From assembly GCA_030390025.1 (NCBI GenBank), contig CM059431.1:108378001-108442000 (forward strand): a DNA stretch of 64,000 nt, given 5' to 3'. The stretch is from Squalus acanthias. Taxonomy: Eukaryota. Each line of letters starts with the position of its first letter. The stretch's first letter is position 1. A program made the translations under genes and the position numbers. The notes under the pieces are model-generated. The model was not told where the DNA came from and did not search any database. It was given only the letters and a program-made list of their open reading frames with translations. Positions 47,221 to 59,384 of this stretch are shown piece by piece.

Positions 47221-48953
47221 GGAAATTAACCACCCCAAGGTAATAATTTGTTTTTTTAATGTTAAAGTATTGAGGCTGGTAAAATCCTTTACCCAACTAT
47301 TGTATGCATGTATTAGAACACTGAATTGAGAATGCAGACTTAGCTAAGGATGACTGCTTTCCTACAAGCCCTGGTGTCGTGGATGTTTGCCAAAAAGTGC
47401 GTTATCCCATCTCGGAAACATTTGTGCTGCACTTAAAAAGAATTACTTTGATGTTGAGAGACTTGCTCTGAAGGCAAATGCAGCTGCCATTTTGCACACT
47501 TCAATAAACAGCAATCAGATAAGTGACCAGCTAATTTGTTTTTGATAGTGTTTGGCTAAGGCAGGAATTTTGGCCAGGACACTGGGAGAATTCCTTGCTT
47601 CTCTTTGAATAGTGCCAAGAGATTTTTAACGTCCCCGGAGCAGGTAGGTGGGGGTCATGGTTCAAAGTAGCATCCAAAGAATGGAATCTCCAACAATGCA
47701 GCGCTTCCTCCGTACAGTACTAGGTTATGTTGCTCTTGAGTATTCATTTAGCACAGAATGTACTTCATTTCCAATCGTGGGTTGAAGACAGGATCAATAT
47801 TCTTCTTCCTTTGTCCGCTCTTAAATGTGAAGCTGACGATTTGTGTTCAGTCTAGCTCTGGAATGATGTAATCCTTTGGTCATCAAGCAAAATAGCGGGG
47901 TTGGGGGCGGGAATGGTTGGCGTTGGCAACTTTAACCATGCGTTGTCGGTCATGTTTTACAATAGCACTGCCTCGCCGCACATTTCCTTGCTCTTATGCA
48001 AGATAATCAGTCACCTTTGTCAGTATCTGTAAAACTGTCACTTGTTATCTCAGTTTTTCATTTCCCAGTTCCTTAGCCCGAGCAGTGATTGTGCTTTTAT
48101 TAACTGCTAGGGGATTAGAGTGATTAGATCAGTGTATCTGGCTTACTTGTATCACTTTCTGACAGGATGACAAGTGTGTTGTCATTGCCTGACATATTAG
48201 TATTATCTGCCAAGTAAATCAAATGTAAGGAAATTTAATTGAAATAAATAGAAAATTGCCAGTAGAATTTATCTGAATTATATCTGCAGAAGTTTACTGC
48301 CATCCCAAGAGTAAATGCAATGTGTTACTGTCACAGCGATGTCTTTAGCATTGAGGTTTGTTTTTTTCCCCAAAAAAAGCGAAATATCTTGCTCTAATAC
48401 CTAGGAATTATCTGTAGCTCAATTTTATTTCTCTTATCAACTTTTTATTTTTGTCTTTTTCTCTTTCTGTATATCTCTAGAGTTATAGATGGATATACAC
48501 TTAAAATACTTACTGCAAATGCAATATATAAAGGGATCCCCTCAGATAATCCCAGTCCTCAAAGGCAATATTGAGCCTTGCGTTCCAGTTTATCTGTCAT
48601 TTAATTAAAAAGTATTAACTCCTAAAGCTTCTAATATTATCACTAAACAACACAACACACGTCAGGCATATCCTCTAGATCTTACAAATCCTATCACTGA
48701 AAGACCATCTCTTTCTCCAGTGTGTGGTTCTAGGGCTGAGATGGATTTAAGGTGCTACATAATTGACAACTGCTCTATGCCGGTGTCTTTGCTCCACACG
48801 AGCCTCCTCCCACTCTACTTCATCTCACCCCATCAGCATCTCCTTCGATTCCTTTCTCCCTCATGTGTTTATGTAGTTCCCCCTTAATTTTTATTCACTT
48901 CAGCTACTCCATGTGGTAATGAGTTCCATATTGTATCCATCTACATTAGGTAG

Positions 48954-51495
48954 GACCCCGAATGATCAGTCCTCAGCAAAGGCCTGAGCTTCATCCCCTT
49001 ACGCCCCCACCTCAATGAATTTCGAGCTCGGCACGATGCTGAGCTCTTTTTCTGCCGCCTTCGTCTCCGTGCCCACTTCTTTGGCCAGGAGTCTTCCCCC
49101 CGCACGGCTGACCCTTTCTCCCGCTTTCAGAATTCTGGACCCCTCCCTCTGGCCTCTTACCCTCTCTAGATCTTTTCATTGCTAACTGCCGCCGTGACAT
49201 CGGCCGTCTCAATTTCTCTGCTCCCCTCACTCACTCCAACCTACCTCCCTCTGAACTTGCAGCACTCCATTCTCTCAGATCCAACCTCGACATTGTCATT
49301 AAACCTGCTGACAAGAGTGATGCTGTTGTTGTTTGGCGAACCGACCTCTACCTAGCGGAAGCTGAACGCCAACTCTCCGACACCTACTCCTACCTCCACC
49401 TGGACCATGACCCCACTACCGAACATCAAGCCACCGTTTCCAAGACTGTCACTGACCTCATCTCTCTGGAGATCTTCTCCCCACGGCCACCAACCCCATA
49501 GTTCCCCAACCCCGCACAGCCCGCTTCTACCTCCTTCCCAAGATCCACAAACAGGACTGCCCTGGTAGACCCATCGTTTCAGCCTGTTCTTGCCCCACGG
49601 AACTTATCTCTTCCTATCTTGACTCTATTTTTTCTCCCCTTGTCCAGTCTCTTCCCACCTACATCCGCGACTCCTCTGACGCCCTCCGCCACTTTAACAG
49701 TTTCCAGTTTCCTGGCCCCAACCACCTCCTTTTCACCATGGACGTACAATCCCTCTACACCTCCATCCCCCACCAGGATGGCCTGAGGGCGCTCTGCTTC
49801 TTCCTTGAACAGAGGCCCAACCAGTCCCCATCCACCAGCACCCTCCTCCGCCTGGCTGAACTTGTTCTCACATTGAACAACTTCTCCTTTGACTCCACTC
49901 ATTTCCTCCAAATCAAAGGTGTTGCTATGGGTACCCGCATGGGTCCTAGCTATGCCTGCCTTTTCGTGGGATATGTGGAACACTCTTTGTTCCAGTCCTA
50001 CTCGGGTCCCCTCCCTCACCTTCTTTTTCCAGTACATTGATGACTGTATCGGTGCCGTTTCCTGCTCTCGCCCTGAATTAGACAATTTCATTCACTTTGC
50101 CTCCAATTTCCACCCTTCCCTCACCTTCACATGGTCCATCTCCGACTCTTCCCTTCCCTTCCTCGACTTCTCCGTCTCCATCTCTGGGGATAGGTTATTG
50201 ACCAACATTCACTATAAGCCCACTGACTTACCTGGACTACACTTCCTCCCACCCCGCCTCCTGTAAGGACTCTATTCCCTTCTCCCAGTTTCTCCGTCTC
50301 CGCCGCATCTGCTCTGACGATGCCACCTTCCATACCAATGCTTCCGACATGTCTTCCTTTTTCCTCAACCGAGGATTCCCCTCTACCGTGGTCGACACGG
50401 CCCTCGACCGTGTCCGTTCTATCTCCCGCACTTCTGCCCTCACCCCGGCCCCTCCATCCCGGAACCACGATAGAGTTCCCCTTGTCCTCACCTTTCACCC
50501 CACCAGCTTCCACATTCAACAGATCATCCTCCGCCATTTCCGCCACCTCCAACGTGATCCCACCACCAAACGTATCTTCCCCTCAGCTCCCCTTTCAGCA
50601 TTCCGTAGGGACCGCTCCCTCTGAGACACCCTAGTCCACTCCTCTATCACCCCCAGCACCCCTTCCCCCTCGTCCGGCACCTTCCCGTGCAAGCGCAGGA
50701 GATGCAACACCTGCCCTTATACATCCTCCCTTCCCACTCTCCAGGGCCCCAAACACCCCTTCTAGGTGAAACAACGATTTACTTGTACTTCTTGCAATCT
50801 AGTATACTGTATTCGCTGCTCACGATGTGGTCTCCTCTACATTGGGGAGACCAAACGCAGATTGGGTGACCGCTTTGCGGAACACCTCCGTTCAGTCCGT
50901 AAGGGTGACCCCGAGCTTCCGGTCGCTTGTCATTTTAATTCACCGCTCCACACCCACTCAGACCTCACTGTCCTCGGCCTCTTGCACTGTTCCACGGAAG
51001 CTCAGCGTAAGCTCGAGGAACAGCACCTCATCTTCCAATTAGGCACTTTACAGCCTTCCGGACTCAATATCGAGTTCAACAATTTCAGATCATAACCTAG
51101 GCCCCTACCATATCATATATATATATATTTTATCCACACTTTTGGTTTGTGCCTTTTCCCATTTTTTTTTCTCTCCCCCAGCATTTCACATTTCACACTT
51201 CTGAGCCATCTTTTGTTTCTTAACCTGTCCTATTACCATCTCGTCTCGCCTTGTGTATCTCTTAATGTCTCTACTCCTCACAGACCTCCCCTTTTGTTCT
51301 TTTATTCCTCCCCCCAGCCTCCCAACTGCCTTTTTATCTGTTTCATTTCCTGCTTTTTTCTCAGTTCTGACGAAGGGTCTTCGACCTGAAACGTTAACTC
51401 TGTTTCTCTCTCCGCGGATGTTGCCTGGCCTGCTGAGTTTTTCCAGCGTTTTCTGTTGTTATTTCAGTTTTCCAGCATCCGCAGTATTTTGCTAT
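48954..51495 (+). mobile_element. Penelope-like retroelement (RT and GIY-YIG endonuclease, frameshifted), 5'-truncated
   Basis: MDVQSLYTSIPH, GVAMGTRMGPSYA, YIDD, LVYCIRC..CGLLYIGET. 12-bp TSD TACATTAGGTAG (48942-48953, 51496-51507). Confidence 0.92.
51363..51399 (+). ncRNA. Minimal type I hammerhead ribozyme motif
   Basis: AGTT-CTGACGA-AGGGTCTTCGACCT-GAAA-CGTT-AACT with palindromic AACGTT stem III. Confidence 0.8.
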
Positions 51496-51994
51496 TACAT
51501 TAGGTAGTTGCTACGCATACTTAGTATTGTATGATTATTCATAGTGTGTAGATAATATTTTGGATGGCACAAATGTAATGAAAATGGCTGTTCAAGAGCT
51601 CAAATTTAATTTTAACCCAGTTTGATTGGACCGTCATTGAGTCACTTCTGAACTATGATTTGCCATAGATCTATCTTGACATTCTTCAGTAATTCAAATA
51701 CATTTTGTCCCATGCATTAGTTGGCTTTGCTAGGTAGTCCTCCATTTTCATCACTTTTGACTTATTTTTGTTTCAAACATTTCTTTCACTATTCTTCATT
51801 GCTGCTATAGTTTAAATTGCACCATGCAAAGAGGTGAGGAAGAGTATTGCTTTAGAGGTTCTGAATGCGAGCACGACATGACTGACATGAGAGAGGAATC
51901 TGTGAGGGGTCAAAAAGTGCAGTGGCACCTAAGCTATTTGACTACAACCATCACTACTAGGGGACATGTTTTTATAGACCCTCTGTTTAGAATT

Positions 51995-52420
51995 AAATGG
52001 AATTTACAACATGGAAACAGGCCATTCGGCCCAACTGGTCTGTGCTGGTGTCTTTGCTCCACACGATCCTCCTCCCACTCTACTTCATCTCACCCCCATC
52101 AGCATATCCTTCTATTCCTTTCTCCCTCACTTATTTATCTAGTTCCCCCTTAAATTTTATTCACCTCAACTACTCCATGTGGTCGTTTCTCCTGAATTCA
52201 TTATTGGATTTATTAAAAGCTATCTTATATTTATGGCTTTTACTTTTGGACTCATCTTCTCTATGTCTACCCTATCAACCCCCTTCATAATTTCAAAGAG
52301 CTCTATTAGGTCACCCCTCAGCCTTCTCTTTTCGAGAGAATAGAGCCCCAGCCTGTTCAGTCGTTCCTGATAGTTATAACCTCTCAGTTCTGGTATCATC
52401 CTTGTCATTCTTTTCTTTAG
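51995..52420 (-). mobile_element. CR1 3' end
   Basis: ERLNRLGLYSLEKRRLRGDLI in ORF 52220-52435. Confidence 0.8.
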
Positions 52421-54159
52421 TACATTACTAGACATGTCTCAGGAAATCTTCCTTCACCATCTTACTTCACAAGACAGGCTGTTCAAGTTGTAACATCTGC
52501 ACAGTGCCCTGCAGACAGCATCTGGATCGGGGATGACTCTACTCTAGAAGTGAGGATTACCACAGCCTGAAGCTTTTAATGCCACCGGGTCCTCCAACCA
52601 ACCTAGAAGACAGCTGCCATATGTATCAGTCTCCAATGGGCACACGTATCAAGTAAGTGACAAATGCAGGAGGGAACTCCTTTATTGCTTTTCCTGTGGA
52701 AAGGCGCTCTCGCTGGATGGCAGGATCCCCTTGACTGCAAAGCATCGCACACGGTACCCTTGTGGACATCAGGACGCTTCCTATCGGCTGCAATAGAAAG
52801 GGTTTGTAATCAATCACTGTTTAGGTTGTACCTGATCACAGAAATGTCACTGTGCACTTCACTGACCATTATCCCTGAAACAGCCACGATGCTCTCGTTA
52901 CACATGGCAGTCCATATACCTACATTATTTAAAGGAGAAGAAACACTGGTAGGTGGAGAAAAAAACTGGATCAATGGTTGGGAACATAGAACCAGGAACA
53001 GGCCATTCAGCCCCTTGAGCCTATTCCGCCATTCACTTACATCATGTCTGATATGTCTCCTATCTCCATCTACCCGCCTTGGTTCCGTAAGCCTCAATAC
53101 CTTTGCCTAACAAAAATCTGTCGTTCTTCGAATAGGGCTATGTCTACATTCATTGCTGCTGACCCCACTGAGAGTGCTTCTAGCAGCAGTGGAGCACCTG
53201 GACACCTCAGCTTCTGTTTGCTGTCTTCTGCTGCCTCCTCCACCTTCAAGAAATATGTACCGTTTAGCCTTGGCGAATTGAAAAAGTATGTGCAACAGAG
53301 CAGTGGTTGCTTACAATGCTTGAAAGGATACCCAGATGGTGCACCAAATCCCAACAGGTTTGTGCCATGCTTGATGGGGGCCCACAAACATTTGTAGAAA
53401 AAGTGAGGAGTTAAATTAAACTTCATCTTAATACCAGAATATTTATTCCTCATTTGCAGCTAGGTATGAAGAATCAAGATAACAGTATTGACTCTCTCTA
53501 TGCAGTTTGTGACGTAAGAAAACTACTAGGCACTTGGTCTAAGTGTTAAACAAAGCTTTAATCAACTGTTTTTCAACATGGAGATCTAGTTGTGTCCTTC
53601 ACTGGTTCCTGTTAAAGAATGTCCTGAGCAAGCTGGGCCCATGCCCGAGTATTTATACTCTCCCTGGACAGCGCCACCAGCAGGCCGCCCAGTATTATTT
53701 CATAAGTCATTTCTACATGAATGACAAGATTCATGTCAGTTTGCAGCTGTGGTTTTACTGGAGTTGGGTTTTCAACCTCAAATAAGGCTACCCTCCTCTT
53801 GGTGCACCTCTTCCAGCAGCACCCTGAACCCTTCACCAAAGAGAGCAGTGCTTCCTGCACATCTCCACTGAATCATTGTGGACAACCAATCCACTGTTTA
53901 GCCACCACCAGCACATCTTACTCTTTAATGCCAAGTTCCATACCTTTAAAAGTTGCTGTCTCAACATTCTTGGGGGGGGGCAAAGGAGCACCAGCACCAG
54001 CTAAAAATTAGCTTTGCCATTGAAGATTGAGGTTATATGTCTTGACCCTGAAATTCTGCAGGGATTCTGCCAGTGGTCTGCTGTACTTGTGGTGTAAGAC
54101 CAGTGGTACCCTGGGGAAACAGCTGAAGAATGTAAAACCCTCACAGAATTTCAGGGCCC

Positions 54160-54606
54160 TGTGCTTGCTGACCTACATTGGCTCCCGGTCCGGCAATGGC
54201 TCAGTTTTAAAATTCTCATCCTTGTTTTCAAAACCCTCTATGGCCTGGCCCCTTCCTATCTCTGTAACCTCCTCCAGCCCTAAAACTCTCCGAGATATCT
54301 GCGCTCCTCCAACTCTGGCCTCTTGAGCATCCCCAATTTTAATCGCTCCACCATTGGCGGCCGTGCCTTCAGCTGCCTGGGCCCTAAGCTCTGAAATTCC
54401 CTCCCTAAACCTCTCCGCCTCTCTACCTCTCTCTCCTCCTTTAAGACGCTCCTTAAAACATACCTCTTTGATCAAACTTTTGTTCACCTGTCCTAATATA
54501 TCCTTATTTGGCTCGGTGTCACGTTTTCTTTGAAAATCTCTCCTGTGAAGCTCCTTGAGACGTTTTACTACATTAAAGGCACGACATAAATGCAAGTTGT
54601 CGTTGG
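54160..54606 (+). mobile_element. L2-type LINE 3' end
   Basis: Homologous to ~39770-40219. Confidence 0.85.
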
Positions 54607-56835
54607 TTTACAAAAATTGACATGTTTCTCTTGGTCTACCACTATGGAACAGATTAAGAGTATGCAGATAACCTCCTCTTGCATCAGTTTTGAAGGGAAT
54701 ATCTTGCATGATTTCAGAGTTGATAGTCCACAACTTCTTCTTGGTTTCCAATGATGTCCTTTTCATGCTTGCTAAGACCTTTTACAGAACAATTTGACAT
54801 TGGTTTGTTTGCAATACAAGATCAAGTTGGAACAAGTTCGTGCCAATTCTCTTCAGATCATATTTGTGAAATTGTCTTTTCCTGATCTAGCAATGACACC
54901 TGAACACTGATATCTCCTGATTCATATTTTTTGGAGATTGTAATTGTGGTGCTAATCTAAACGTCTGTTATTTTGAAAACCACAAAAAGCGCTCCCACTG
55001 AAAGATCGACTTTAAATCCCCTTCTGAGTAAGTGCACTCTGATGTATATAAGCATTTATAAAATGCTTTAACGACATCATTGATTTTTCTATGGTTCACA
55101 AGTAATGGAACCAAACATTTGATTGACGTTAACTAGAGTCTAATCAGCTTCTATCTCGTGTAACATGTGAGTTTGTAAGCTGCCAGCTTTGCATTCATAA
55201 TTTTTCGGTCTTGAGTGCTCCTAAAATTTAGATGGTAATAAACCATTCAATTTTGCTGTAATCACTTTCAGTTTGATATGCTTTTTGAATCCCTTGTTGA
55301 GATTATGGTCTTGTAACTGCATTCATCTATATATTATACACTGGTCATATTTTCTAGTAATCATAAATCAATCGAAATTAATTTGAGATAAACCTCTAGT
55401 AATTATCTCGATACTTCAGGTTATTCATCGTCTTTCAGTGACCTGGCATGTGCTGCCAAAACAGTGGTCCCTAAATGGAACAAAACCAACCCCAGACGTA
55501 TTGGCAATATCCTGGATTGGTTACCATTTTATAATCCCCATGTCATTTAGATGACCGATACAAGCCATGCAAGTGTCTCTAATTTGGTTTATAATATGTT
55601 CAACTCTTGATAAGATAAACATTTTCTAATCACTACCAGACGTCAGTATAATCACTGCCAGACATCAGTGTTTCTCTGTATAATATGACAGGACAGTCAA
55701 TGTCAACCAAACTTGCATTATGGAAAAGGTTCCTTCAATTTGGGGTTTAGGGCTCTACTCTTGCAAATCAAGTTTGCTTTCATGCATTCCAGTATACACA
55801 TCTTCAGTTCAGCAGTTTACAGCAGTCTTGATCTATCTTACATTGATCTAATGTAGTTGGATTAACATGACCAAAACTGCTTACAGTCTAGTAAGTGGTA
55901 ATGTTTCAGGATTTAGTGCAGCACATTATTGTCCACACTGATAATTTATATACTGTACTTCAAAGTGCAGACAGGCTGCCCAGTGTATGTGATGCACACA
56001 AATGAAGATGATTATTTTAATTGAATGCTGCTAATGACAGAAGATTATACATGCAATAATGTTATGCAGATACAACAGCTTGCAGGTACTAGTTCTGCAT
56101 TTTGGATGAGTTACTGGACCTGCACTAATGATATGGCCTTGTTTCAAGAACAGGGGGCTTACTGTTGCCTGGTTAACTTAATTTGTCGTGCATATTGTGT
56201 ACATCAAGGCACATAGATTTAAAACCTAGTGGATATGATATGGGAAGTGAGCGGATCACTTGCAAGGCATGAGTAAGTGTTGGTATATGTATCAGGGTGC
56301 TTATTTCAAGCCTGGCACACTTAGATGACCATGCTGATGATGACTGGCTGTAAAGACAAAAAACACTATAAAGCACAGGGTTTACTCATTCTCCTTCCAT
56401 AGCATTTTGGTTGGGATGAACCATCAGCTGCAACATCTGCACTGTCATTGATTCTAACCCTCTTAATGCTCAAATACATTGAGTCTATTGGCATTCGAAG
56501 GATCACCCTCTCTCTTCCCTTGCTTTTACCATCAGCATCTTCATTCATTACCACTGGGATGCAATCCAGAGCTGAGAACCAAAATGACTTTAAACCTAAT
56601 TGGCCCAATTGATATAGTTGGCCTATCGCAATTGAGATGAATGGTGACACCAATGTACAATATTAATTCCCTTGCTCTTTAACCACCCCCAGCCCCCACC
56701 CCCGCCACCTCCCCCCCCCCCCTGCTTCCCCCAAAGCCTTCTTCCCATTGTGGGTAGATATTTGAACAAATAGTTGTTATGTTCAACTGGAGCTAAAAAA
56801 ATAAAAATAAAGACTGTTCAAAAAAGATATTTTGT

Positions 56836-56975
56836 CGTACAAAAAGAAAATATTGCAGATGCTGGAAATCTGAAATAAAAACAAAAAATGCTGGAGATAC
56901 TCAGCAGGTCAGGCAGCATCTGTGAAGAGAGAAACAGAGTTAACGTTTCAGGTCGATTACCTTTCGTCAGAACAA
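56836..56975 (-). mobile_element. Solo Penelope terminal repeat with hammerhead motif
   Basis: Minus strand GTT-CTGACGA-AAGGTAATCGACCT-GAAA-CGTT-AAC, flanked by an AAGATATTT(T)GTCGT duplication. Confidence 0.75.
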
Positions 56976-58579
56976 ATATCGTCAAGATATTTGTCGTGTT
57001 TTGCCACCTGTCTGGCTGTCCAATGAGAATGGACAATCCAAATCCTGCCATTAGAATGGGGAGGGAGAGTGGTAAGGGTCAATTCCCGGTGTACTATTTT
57101 ATAATGATTTCACAGTGAAACTTTGCCTGCAATCTAGTGAAGAACGGTGTATATAGCCTTTTGTACAGACGAGCAACTCGAGGCTTGGTAGTTTAGTGGT
57201 TAGTCTCCTGGGTATTTTTCAACCAAATTACTGATTCATTTGTTGTGCAGTAAAAGATAGCTGAATGCTAAATCCTGAACAATGCCCATAATATGTAAGA
57301 AATATAGAATTGGAAAATGCTGAACGAAAAGCATTTGCTTTGTGGGAAAAGTGAATTCATCGCCTTGGGTATATCTCCTATCATAGCCGGAGGGTATTGG
57401 ATAAATATTCCCTGCCACCACCTTTTAAACCAAAGCAGATATATCAAAAATGAATTGCAATGTCCAATACTTCTTCTGATGCCTCACTTCAAACAGTTCG
57501 ATATGAACCAATCCAAAATATATTGATTATTGATTAAGCAGACTCTGTTAACAGCAGGACCACTGTTCAATACTGAATGAAATGCAACTTAAATCTTACT
57601 TGCAGAAATATCAAGGATTGAGTTGGACACAGATCCCTTAGCCACGCTATTTTATTAGACAACATCTACTACGCTATGATGAGTATCATCATAAGGTTTT
57701 GTGTCAGTGATCACGCTAAAAGTAACTGATGTTTAGTATAAATCAGCAAAATCAAAATCATTTTAAGCGCAATAATAAACATAAATATCAGTTTATCTCA
57801 ATATTAACTTGTTCTGGCTCAATAACTAACACAGCAACAGTAAATGTCCAAGATTACAGTAACAACTTGCCAAGGTTTATCTCATAATCAATATTGCAAT
57901 GCTGCTTTTAAATCCACTCTAATGTTAGCATAAAGATATACCATCTCTCCCCTTAAGTAGCAGAAATCTGTGGTGTGGTCTCTTGCAACACTTCAGTGTC
58001 AGCTCTAGGAGAAGTCTTTGGCAAGTCACCACCAAGGCTTATCCATTTCTTTCTTTAGCTGTTTTTTTCGTGATCTTTGCATGTGTAGTACTTTCTTCAT
58101 TGGCTGTTATAGTGTACTTTCTCTCTGTGCTTTGAAACTTCTATTAGTGAATTAACTGTTGAGATACACTTTACATTATGTTCTAATGCTTTGATCTAAA
58201 TGACTTCATCCTGCTGTCTAACACACAAAACTTCATTACATTCTTCAATCTTCTAACTCCATTCAATGCATTCTGATCTACGTGAACAATATTCGGCTTT
58301 AAATGTCTTAAGTTGCTACACTGGAGATCATTTCAAATGTTTTTACCAATCAAAACAAACAAAACCATTTGCATCAATAATTTTAAAAGTCAGCCATAAA
58401 GAAAAAGACTTGTCTAAGAACATTTCTATGTGAAATATTCCAGCACCAGTGAAGGTTTAGTACGATAACATGCTCTACTGGTAACACCATCAGAAAGGTT
58501 CCATATACAATGTAATTATCCCACAATAGTCAGGCCTTGGTTAGAAATTAAAAACCAGACCAAGGCCATTTGACCCAAA

Positions 58580-59068
58580 GATGAAGCTCAACATAAGCTC
58601 GAGGAACAGCACCTCATCTTTCTATTCGGCACTTTACAGCCTTGCGGACTCAACATTGAGTTCAACAATTTCAGATCATAACCTCTGCCCCCATTTTTTC
58701 AGACAGCAGCTGTTGATGATTCTGCTATTCCCATTTACACCTCTTCTAGACCCATCTTTTGTTTCGTTACTGGTCCCAATGCCATCTCATTTTGCCTCGC
58801 ACCATCATCCCTTTTGTCATTTAATCTCTCCTGCCTTCCACCCTATCACAGACCTTCTCTTTTGCTCGTTCCTCCCCTCCCCCCTTTCCCTGCCCCTGCA
58901 CTTGCTTAAAACCTGTTATATTTCTAACTTTTTCCAGATCTGATGAAAGATCATTGACCTGAAACGCTACCTCTGTTTCTCTCTCCACAGATGCTGCCTG
59001 ACCTGCAGTGTACTCCCAGCATTTTCTGTTTTATTTCAGATTTCCAGCATCCGCAGTATTTGCTTCTG
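58580..59068 (+). mobile_element. Penelope-like element 3' end (family 1)
   Basis: Homologous to 35670-36140 and 51000-51495. Degenerate hammerhead at ~58936-58972. Confidence 0.8.
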
Positions 59069-59384
59069 TAAGAGTTGTTAATTGTTAGGGTGTAGAAGTA
59101 GAAAAAGCAAAGTCTGTTCTGAAAGCAGTATTTTTTTCAAGAAGTATTCCGTTTCAATTATCACATCAACGGTAAGAATAGGTTATACTGCTATTCTGGG
59201 CCACATGACTTAACAGCAATCTTCCAATGGCACAGCGGTATCACTTATTCTTCCTGTTGGTGTGATAATTGCGACTGAGTGATTTTTAAATACATGCAGA
59301 AGAAATACACAAAAATAAATGCCTTTATATTGAAAGGTAAGTCAGTAAACTAAAATAAAAGGGCTTGTATTTATATTGTGTTTT

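Noticed and set aside
53094..53453. 119-aa minus-strand ORF as a gene
   Set aside because: No recognisable domain, and it terminates inside a CR1 tail.
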